A stretch of DNA of 64,000 nucleotides, from NCBI GenBank assembly GCA_964523705.1, contig CAZFYA010000003.1:432-64431 (forward strand). The letters run 5' to 3'. This DNA comes from an uncultured Gammaproteobacteria bacterium. GTDB taxonomy: Bacteria; Patescibacteriota; Microgenomatia; Levybacterales; UBA12049. Each line of letters begins with the position of its first letter. Position 1 is the stretch's first letter. Positions 57,011 through 64,000 of this stretch are shown here, in pieces. The translations under genes and the position numbers were made by a program. The notes under the pieces were generated by a model. The model saw nothing but the letters and a program-made list of their open reading frames with translations. It was not told the DNA's origin and made no database searches.

Positions 57011-57292
57011 ATGTCAAGACCAAGACTATTTCGAAAGTTATGCTTTAATCCAAGTGTAATATATTTTAAACCACAAGGAATTCCCTTAAGGGAACTTGAA
57101 GAGGTAATTATATTGCCTGATGAGATTGAGGCACTAAAGCTTTACGAAGTTGATGAGCTTGAACAAACAAAAGCAGCAAAACAGATGAAAATATCACAAC
57201 CTACCTTTGCCAGGCTTTTGGGGAGTGCGAGTAAAAAAATTGCCAATGCAATAATAAACGGTAAGGCAATTAGAATAGAAAAGACTAAATAA
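57011..57292 (+). CDS. DUF134/UPF0251-family predicted DNA-binding protein
   Basis: 93 aa; HTH at ELEQTKAAKQMKISQPTFARLL. Confidence 0.5.
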   Translation: MSRPRLFRKLCFNPSVIYFKPQGIPLRELEEVIILPDEIEALKLYEVDELEQTKAAKQMKISQPTFARLLGSASKKIANAIINGKAIRIEKTK

Positions 57293-58428
57293 TGAGACAA
57301 AAATTTTCCAATTTAAAGCTTAAACATTTCTTATTAACAATAATATTGTTAGTTTCTTTTTTTGTTTTATTTAAAGAAAATGTTTTTGCGCAAAATTTAG
57401 CCAGTGCTCCTAAAGAAGAGATTTTAGAAGCAAAAATAGAAAAAATCTTAGAGGAAAAACAAATTATCCCAGAAGGTTCAAAAGATACTCAACTTTATCA
57501 AAAGCTAGAGCTTTTAGTAACTAAGGGTTCTTTAAAAAACGAAAAAATTATTGTTGAAAATGGAAATCTTCCTGTTGCCAATAGCCTTAAATATGAAGTT
57601 AATGATAAAGTAATAGTGACTTTTACCAAGGATCTTAAAGGCAATGATGTATTCTACATAACAGACTACATAAGGCGTGATTCTCTGCTTTTTCTATTTT
57701 TAATTTTTGTAATTTTAGCAATAGTTGTTGCCAGAAAACGCGGTCTTGCTTCGCTTATTGGCATGGCTTTTTCATTTTTAGTAATCTTTTTATTTATTTT
57801 GCCAATGATTTCATCGGGAAATAGTCCGGTAGAAATTGCTATACTTGGTTCTTTGGTAATTATTCCGGTTACTTTTCTTCTTTCACATGGGATAAACAAA
57901 AAAACAATGGTTGCAATTATTGGTACAATTATTGCTTTAATAATTACCGGCATTTTAGCAAGTATTTTTGTTGAAGGAGCAAAATTAACCGGTTTTGCTT
58001 CAGAAGAGGCAAGCTTTTTATCAGTTGCAAAACAAGGTGTGATAAATATAAAAAACTTGCTTTTAGCAGGAATAATTATTGGCCTACTTGGTATTTTAGA
58101 TGACATTACTATTTCTCAATCAGCAATTGTTTTCCAGCTTAAAGAAACCGATAAAAAATTAAAAGTTTCAGAGCTTTACAAAAAGGCAATGAACGTAGGG
58201 CAGGACCATATATCCTCAATGATTAATACACTTGTTTTAGTTTATACAGGGGCAAGTCTTTCTTTATTTCTTCTTTTTATTGATAATCCGCGTCCTTTTC
58301 TAGAAGTAATTAATTATGAAATTATTGCAGATCAAATAATTAGAGTTTTAATTGGTAGCATAGGATTAATATTAGCTGTGCCGATTACAACTTTTATTGC
58401 AGCACTTGTTGCAGATCATAATAGTTGA
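57292..58428 (+). CDS. YibE/F-family membrane protein
   Basis: N-terminal signal/anchor, an exo domain, then six or seven TM helices typical of YibE/F. Confidence 0.55.
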   Translation: MRQKFSNLKLKHFLLTIILLVSFFVLFKENVFAQNLASAPKEEILEAKIEKILEEKQIIPEGSKDTQLYQKLELLVTKGSLKNEKIIVENGNLPVANSLKYEVNDKVIVTFTKDLKGNDVFYITDYIRRDSLLFLFLIFVILAIVVARKRGLASLIGMAFSFLVIFLFILPMISSGNSPVEIAILGSLVIIPVTFLLSHGINKKTMVAIIGTIIALIITGILASIFVEGAKLTGFASEEASFLSVAKQGVINIKNLLLAGIIIGLLGILDDITISQSAIVFQLKETDKKLKVSELYKKAMNVGQDHISSMINTLVLVYTGASLSLFLLFIDNPRPFLEVINYEIIADQIIRVLIGSIGLILAVPITTFIAALVADHNS

Positions 58429-58517
58429 ACTAGCAAAATATTTTAAAAATTATTATTTGAACCCTTTTTATATTTTTGCTAAAATTTTAAACTGTGGAGA
58501 AATAGGGAGGTGAGAGG

Positions 58518-58796
58518 ATGAAAGTTTTAAAAATTGGAGCAATTTGGTGTAACATCTGTAATGTTATGCGACCTCGTTTTGAGGAAATTGAAAAAGAAAA
58601 TCCTTGGCTTAAGACAGAATATTTTGACTTTGATAAAGACAAAGAGGTTTTAAAGAAACATAATTTAGAAAGTGAAAGCCAAAAATTACCAATTTTTATC
58701 TTTTTGGATAAAGATAATAAGGAAATTTTACGTTTAAGAGGAGAAGTAGAAAAACAAGAGATAGTAAAATTAATTAACGAATACAAGGATAAATAA
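58518..58796 (+). CDS. Small thioredoxin-fold protein with a non-canonical WCNIC active-site motif
   Basis: 92 aa. KIGAIWCNICNVMRP sits where thioredoxins carry WCGPC. Confidence 0.45.
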   Translation: MKVLKIGAIWCNICNVMRPRFEEIEKENPWLKTEYFDFDKDKEVLKKHNLESESQKLPIFIFLDKDNKEILRLRGEVEKQEIVKLINEYKDK

Positions 58797-58798
58797 TT

Positions 58799-59986
58799 AT
58801 GTTAAAAAAAGTCTTTAAATACTTATTTTTATTGATGTTTTTTTTGCTTTTAGCAAGACCGGCAATGGCAAAAGAGGCAACTCTTCATTTTTTTTGGTCT
58901 TATGGATGCCCGCACTGTGCAAAAGAAAAAGCGTTTTTGGATACTTTAAAAGAAAAATATCCTAAGTTAATTGTTAATGAATATGAAGTTTCCTCAAATC
59001 CTCAAAATTTAGAAATTTTACAAAAAACAGGAGAAAGATTACAGGCTGATACTTCAGGAGTTCCGTTTACTGTTATTGGCGAGGAGTATCTTATCGGCTA
59101 TTTAAATGATCAAACAACAGGAAAGGAAATAGAAGAGAAAGTTAAATGCGCAATAGATAATGGATGTAGTGATTTGGTTTCCAATTTAACTCCTGAAGAG
59201 AAGGCTAGTGAAGTAGAAAAAGTGGAAAAAGAGACGTCTAAGATCTTAAGTGTTCCTGTTTTTGGCGAGGTAGATTTAAAGAGTTTTTCATTGCCGCTTT
59301 TAACAGTAGTTTTAGCACTTTTAGATGGATTTAATCCATGTGCTATGTGGACGCTATTATTTTTGATTAGTCTTCTTTTGGGAATGCAAGACAAAAGGCG
59401 AATGTGGACCTTGGGGATTGCTTTTATTGCTTCTTCTGCTCTTGTATATTTTCTTTTTCTTGCCGCTTGGCTTAATCTATTTCTCTTTTTAGGATTTATT
59501 ATTTGGGTAAGAATACTAATTGGTTTAGTTGCTTTAGGCGCCGGTGGGTATTATTTAAGAGATTATGTTGTCAACAAACAAGGAGGATGTAATGTTATGG
59601 GTAATGAAAACAGACAAAAAACATTTGCCAGAATAAGAAATATTGCTCAAAATCGTTCGTTCATTTTAGCAATTTTTGGCATTATTTTACTTGCATTTGC
59701 TGTAAACTTGGTTGAGTTGATTTGTTCTGCGGGACTGCCGGCAATTTATACCAATGTTTTAAGCTTATCAAACCTTGCTTCTTGGCAATATTATCTTTAT
59801 CTTCTTTTATATATTTTTATCTTTATGCTTGATGACTTATTTATTTTCTTTACAGCCATGATTACGCTTCAGGTAGTTGGAATACAAAGCAAATACTCCA
59901 GATTTTCTCATCTAATCGGCGGATTCTTAATGCTTGTTATTGGTTTTCTTCTTCTATTTAAACCCGAGTGGTTGATGTTTGGATAA
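58799..59986 (+). CDS. Secreted thioredoxin-like domain (CPHC) fused to a polytopic membrane domain with conserved cysteines (DsbD/CcdA-like)
   Basis: Signal peptide, then WSYGCPHCAKEKAF. C-terminal TM region with DGFNPCAMW and ELICSAGLP cysteines. Confidence 0.45.
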   Translation: MLKKVFKYLFLLMFFLLLARPAMAKEATLHFFWSYGCPHCAKEKAFLDTLKEKYPKLIVNEYEVSSNPQNLEILQKTGERLQADTSGVPFTVIGEEYLIGYLNDQTTGKEIEEKVKCAIDNGCSDLVSNLTPEEKASEVEKVEKETSKILSVPVFGEVDLKSFSLPLLTVVLALLDGFNPCAMWTLLFLISLLLGMQDKRRMWTLGIAFIASSALVYFLFLAAWLNLFLFLGFIIWVRILIGLVALGAGGYYLRDYVVNKQGGCNVMGNENRQKTFARIRNIAQNRSFILAIFGIILLAFAVNLVELICSAGLPAIYTNVLSLSNLASWQYYLYLLLYIFIFMLDDLFIFFTAMITLQVVGIQSKYSRFSHLIGGFLMLVIGFLLLFKPEWLMFG

Positions 59987-59991
59987 GTGGT

Positions 59992-60975
59992 TTATTCGCA
60001 ACTTGCTGAAGCGCCTTCTACTGATACAGTTTCTGTTTCTGAAAAAGAACTAGCCATCTCATCCTTAGATAATTCTTTATTGCAAAACTCTGCCTTTGTT
60101 TTTGAACCACAACAAACTATTTGTTTTATTGCATCTGCAACCCTACCGCCAAAATCAAATTCAGAAACCGTCTCTTTATTGTTAAGCACTAGAGTAGGAG
60201 AGCCGGTAACGTTAAATTTAGCGGCTAAATCAAAGTCAGCCTTAGCATATTTTAATCCCTTATTGCTATCAGTCATACACGTATTTAACGTTGCTTGATT
60301 AACGCCTACTTGATTTAAACAAGTTTGTGATAGACCTTCTGCTTTCATGTAGCAAGAAAGATATGGCCAGAATTTATCTTTTTGCTCTTCTCTTATACAA
60401 ATTTGTCTTAAGTTTTCCTGAGCTTCTTCATCGCCATGCATAGAAGTTATTTTTCCGTCCTCAATACTTCCCATGTATTTAACACTTAAATTATTGGCAA
60501 TTTCCGGAAGCTCTGATATTGTTTTGTTATACAATCTTTGCATCTGAAGTCCAAAAGGACAATTAGAAACTACAAATGCCATTAAATCCGGTTTATCTGT
60601 TTTAGTTAATTCTTCACAGGATGCTTTTTTTGTGGTAGTGGTTGTTGATGCTTTTAATTCTTCCAGTTCTATACCTGATGTAAAGAGAATTTTTCCATCC
60701 TTTGAAATAAAAGAAGTATACTCTTGAGCCTGTTCCCCTTCACCAATGCTTAATTTGAATTCATATACGCCGCTTTTTTCCTTTACCTCTCCAATAGTAA
60801 ATTTGGTTTCAGGATTATTAATTGCCAGTTTTACTGCTTCTGGAATTGTTTTTTCCTTAATTTCATTAATTTTTGAGTTTGAAGTAATTCTTGGAATTAA
60901 AATTGCCAAAACAATGATTAATGCAATTAAAATGTATATTTTTTTTCTGGAGCCTTTAATTTCCTTTTTTGCCAT
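59992..60975 (-). CDS. Secreted DsbA-like thioredoxin-fold protein with a degenerate active site
   Basis: Signal/anchor, then AFVVSNCPFGLQMQRLY where DsbA proteins carry CPHC. Cys-rich C-terminus. Confidence 0.45.
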   Translation of the reverse strand: MAKKEIKGSRKKIYILIALIIVLAILIPRITSNSKINEIKEKTIPEAVKLAINNPETKFTIGEVKEKSGVYEFKLSIGEGEQAQEYTSFISKDGKILFTSGIELEELKASTTTTTKKASCEELTKTDKPDLMAFVVSNCPFGLQMQRLYNKTISELPEIANNLSVKYMGSIEDGKITSMHGDEEAQENLRQICIREEQKDKFWPYLSCYMKAEGLSQTCLNQVGVNQATLNTCMTDSNKGLKYAKADFDLAAKFNVTGSPTLVLNNKETVSEFDFGGRVADAIKQIVCCGSKTKAEFCNKELSKDEMASSFSETETVSVEGASASCE

Positions 60976-61033
60976 GTTGGTATTCTATCTTTTTTTTAAA
61001 AAGTTTGTCAATAAGTAAAAATTATTAATTTAA

Positions 61034-62083
61034 ATGATTGAAAAATCTATTTTAACTTATATAATAATAGTAATGGCAAAAATAGTTTTTTTCGAAATAG
61101 AAAAGTGGGAAGAGGAGTTAGTTAAAAAAGCCTTATCTGAACATCAGTTAGTTTTTACAGAAGAAAAACTAGAGCCAAGAACTTTTGAAAAATATAAAGA
61201 CGCGGAAATTGTATCCCCATTTATTTATTCAGATATAAATAGGCAAGTATTAAGTAATCTATCAAATCTTAAATATATTGCCACTCGTTCTGTTGGGTTT
61301 GATCATATTGATACTAATTTTGCTAAAGAAAAGGGAATTGTTGTTTCAAATATCCCGCGCTATGGAGGAGATACGGTTGCAGAGCATACCTTTGCTTTAA
61401 TTTTAGCAATTTCAAGAAAACTAATCCCCTCAATTGAGCGAGCAAAAAAGGGCGATTTCAGTTCAGATGGATTAACTGGCTTTGATCTTTTTGGCAAAAC
61501 CTTAGGTGTTATTGGAGCAGGGCATATCGGAAAAAAAGTAATAGAAATTGCTAAATGCTTTGGAATGAAAATTTTAATTTATTCAAGAACCAAAGATGAA
61601 AAATTAGCAAATGATGAAAAAATAACCTATGCAGAAACTCTAGATGAGCTTTTGGGAAATTCAGATATTATTACTCTTCATGTACCTCATACAAAAGAAA
61701 CAGAACACATAATAAACATGGGCAATTTAGATAAATTTAAAAAAGGTTGTATTTTAATTAATACTGCACGGGGTATTTTAATTGAGACACAAGCAATTTT
61801 AGAAGGTATTAAAAAGGGAGTTTTCTCAGCTGTTGGATTAGATGTTTTAGAAGAAGAAAGACCTCTTAAAGAAGAAAGAGAGCTTTTAACTACTGACTTT
61901 TTAAAATTATGCGGAGAAGATACAAAAAACGAACTTTTAAATCATATTTTACTAACCAGAGAGGAAGTAATTATTACTCCTCATAATGCCTTTAACAGTA
62001 AAGAAGCCTTAGCGCAAATAATTGATGCTACTATTTTAAATATTAAAAATTATCTTTCAGGACAACCTCAAAATGTAGTTTAG
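61034..62083 (+). CDS. D-isomer-specific 2-hydroxyacid dehydrogenase
   Basis: NAD-binding GVIGAGHIGKKV and the catalytic R/E/H triad region. Confidence 0.8.
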   Translation: MIEKSILTYIIIVMAKIVFFEIEKWEEELVKKALSEHQLVFTEEKLEPRTFEKYKDAEIVSPFIYSDINRQVLSNLSNLKYIATRSVGFDHIDTNFAKEKGIVVSNIPRYGGDTVAEHTFALILAISRKLIPSIERAKKGDFSSDGLTGFDLFGKTLGVIGAGHIGKKVIEIAKCFGMKILIYSRTKDEKLANDEKITYAETLDELLGNSDIITLHVPHTKETEHIINMGNLDKFKKGCILINTARGILIETQAILEGIKKGVFSAVGLDVLEEERPLKEERELLTTDFLKLCGEDTKNELLNHILLTREEVIITPHNAFNSKEALAQIIDATILNIKNYLSGQPQNVV

Positions 62084-62134
62084 TCATTTCTATTGCATGA
62101 TTTTTAAGTTATGATAAGATAGGAAAATTAAAAA

Positions 62135-63712
62135 ATGAGTAATTCAAATTTTTCTCCAGTTGTTCGAGCTTTGCTTAAAGAGTTTGAAAAAGGAGAAGTA
62201 GCATCAATAAGTGATAAAAAAATCAGTGTTAATCCAATAGTTTCTAAAGTTGCGCATCTTTATGAGAAACTTCGAAACGTAATGGACTACAGAGACGAAG
62301 AAGTAATTTTAAGAGCAGCAATTGAGAGAATTCTAAAAAGAAGATTTCTTCTTGGTGGAAGTGGTAAAACAATAGCAGCGCCTTTGGTAAGGGAATTAGT
62401 CTGGGCAAGATACTTTGCAGATGAAAGCCTCTCCGAGTCTATTGTTGAAAAAATTGAAAAAGAAATAGACCTTTTTTTAAATTTAAGAGAGCAAATATTA
62501 AAAAAACATAAAAGCATAAAAGAAAAAACCGTTAACGAATGGATTTACCAGCTTATGTCCTCAACAATTGCTCATGTGTTAGGAGCAATGAAAAGAAAAG
62601 AGAAGATGACCAACTTCATGTTTGAAACGATTAAAAATAACATCACTATTGCTGATGATACGGATCAGGTAAGAGATATTCAGGTATTTATAGCTGTTCA
62701 TAAAAGTTTTGCCAAAGATGATTTAGCGCTTCTAAGATATCATTTATTTAGACAATATTTTGGAGAGATTAACCAAACAAACATAAATAAAGTAGGAGAT
62801 AATTTTTTAGATTGTTATAAAGAAATTCAGCATCAGCTTCATTATCCCTGTAAGGATAAAATTTTAAATTATGTTAAGGATAAAACAGCAGTATTTTTTA
62901 TTCTTGAAGACCTTTTAAATTTGGAAAACGGAAGAATAGGAGTGCTTTATGAAAATGAAAATGAGCTAAGAAGTATTATTAACGACATATGTGAAACAAG
63001 ATATAAAGGGATTGCGGCAAGAGTAAGAAGAGGAATAGTAAGGAGTGTTATTTTTATTCTTTTAACAAAAGCTTTTTTTGCTATTGCGGTTGAAGCAACC
63101 TTTGAAAGAATTTTTTACGGAGCAATAATTTGGGGAGCATTAATAGTAAATATTGTAACACCGCCTGCTTTAATGGCTTTGATGGGTCTTTTTATCAAAC
63201 CCCCGGGTCAGGATAATACAGATAGAATATACTATTATATAAGGGCTATTTTTGTAAACAATCAATTAAAATTTGCTAAGCCATTAGTGGTTAAGAAAAA
63301 TCCTCCTAAAACAAAACCACTGGAAAGTTTTCTTTTTACCCTTCTTTGGCTTGTTACTTTTGTTGTTATTTTTGGCGTAATTGTTCTTTTGCTTATGAAA
63401 ATTAATTTTAATCTTTTAAGTATCGGAGTCTTTATTTTCTTTTTAGCAATTGCTTCATTTCTTGCTTATAGAATTAATCAATCTGCAAAAATATATTTAA
63501 TTGAACCAAGGAAAAATATCACGACTCCAATTGTTGATTTTATGTTTATCCCTGTTGTTAGAGTAGGAAGATATTTAACAACCGGAGTATCTCAAATTAA
63601 TATCTTTATTTTTATCTTTGATTACATAATTGAAATGCCGTTTAAAGGAATATCAGCCTTTTTGGAACAGTGGTTTTTGTTTCTTCAGTCAAAAAGAGAA
63701 GAATTAGAATAA
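62135..63712 (+). CDS. Hypothetical membrane protein
   Basis: 525 aa. Soluble N-terminal half, then about six TM helices. Confidence 0.4.
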   Translation: MSNSNFSPVVRALLKEFEKGEVASISDKKISVNPIVSKVAHLYEKLRNVMDYRDEEVILRAAIERILKRRFLLGGSGKTIAAPLVRELVWARYFADESLSESIVEKIEKEIDLFLNLREQILKKHKSIKEKTVNEWIYQLMSSTIAHVLGAMKRKEKMTNFMFETIKNNITIADDTDQVRDIQVFIAVHKSFAKDDLALLRYHLFRQYFGEINQTNINKVGDNFLDCYKEIQHQLHYPCKDKILNYVKDKTAVFFILEDLLNLENGRIGVLYENENELRSIINDICETRYKGIAARVRRGIVRSVIFILLTKAFFAIAVEATFERIFYGAIIWGALIVNIVTPPALMALMGLFIKPPGQDNTDRIYYYIRAIFVNNQLKFAKPLVVKKNPPKTKPLESFLFTLLWLVTFVVIFGVIVLLLMKINFNLLSIGVFIFFLAIASFLAYRINQSAKIYLIEPRKNITTPIVDFMFIPVVRVGRYLTTGVSQINIFIFIFDYIIEMPFKGISAFLEQWFLFLQSKREELE

Positions 63713-63726
63713 TTTTTTAAAAAATC

Positions 63727-63755
63727 CTTGACACAATTTTTTTTTGTTGATACAG
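63727..63755 (+). promoter_or_regulatory. Promoter for trxA (TTGACA-17-TACAGT)
   Basis: TTGACA at 63727-63732 and TACAGT at 63750-63755. Confidence 0.4.
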
Positions 63756-63772
63756 TAGATAGGTAAAATTTT

Positions 63773-64000
63773 ATGGCACATACTTTTACAGACGAAAATT
63801 TTAAAAAAGAAGTTTTAGATTCAAAAGAGCCTGTTTTAGTTGATTTTTGGGCAGAGTGGTGTGGTCCATGCAGAGCGGTTGGTCCAATTATTGATGAGTT
63901 AGCAGAAGAATACAAAGGAAAATTAAAGGTTGGAAAAGTTAGTGTTGATGAAAACGGAGGTACTGCATCCTCATTTCAAATAATGAGCATTCCTTCTGTT
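63773..64000 (+). CDS. trxA: Thioredoxin, 3'-truncated by the window end
   Basis: [53 protein letters not shown] carries canonical WCGPC. Confidence 0.85.
   Translation, partial: MAHTFTDENFKKEVLDSKEPVLVDFWAEWCGPCRAVGPIIDELAEEYKGKLKVGKVSVDENGGTASSFQIMSIPSV

Noticed and set aside
1-64000. Alternative genetic code (UGA as Gly, code 25) as seen in some candidate-phyla lineages
   Set aside because: Several well-defined genes end in TGA exactly where homologues end, for example the LAGLIDADG ORF at 2125 and overlapping ATGA junctions. No ORF requires read-through of TGA.
1-64000. CRISPR arrays, IS elements or transposases
   Set aside because: No regularly spaced direct repeats and no DDE-transposase-like ORFs were seen. 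The only repeat-like DNA is codon-level low complexity, for example the T/P/E linker at 8560-8700 and the Gly/Ser tail at 41880-41960.

Overview
The window is AT-rich (about 30-35% GC), gene-dense and almost entirely coding, with short intergenic spacers and many overlapping start/stop codons. The gene content suggests a small-genome, peptidoglycan-containing bacterium, plausibly a CPR/Patescibacteria-type organism: ATP-dependent DNA ligase, a short phosphoglycerate kinase, class II ribonucleotide reductase with NrdR, two tandem class A PBPs, and many conserved hypothetical membrane proteins. This lineage call is inference. I can support about 70 protein genes, four tRNAs, a tmRNA next to smpB, and several promoters and terminators. 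The tRNAs are Ser-TGA, Ser-GCT, Ile-TAT and Met-CAT.

The most notable observations, in order of interest:
- A group I intron-like ribozyme core on the minus strand at about 33000-33290. It sits directly antisense-adjacent to a plus-strand HTH plus LAGLIDADG homing-endonuclease gene whose 3' end overlaps tRNA-Met.
- A second, double-motif LAGLIDADG gene wedged between two divergent tRNA-Ser genes and overlapping one of them.
- A compact cobalamin-riboswitch-like element between the adenosylcobalamin-dependent nrdJ and a PduO-type adenosyltransferase gene.
- A VirD4/TraD-like coupling ATPase operon next to tRNA-Ile(TAT) and a tyrosine recombinase.
- A Fic protein with a possible upstream FicA-like antitoxin.
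- A cluster of thioredoxin-fold proteins with non-canonical CxxC motifs.

No CRISPR arrays, rRNA genes or obvious transposases were seen. All calls are from reading the sequence and ORF translations by eye; no searches were run.
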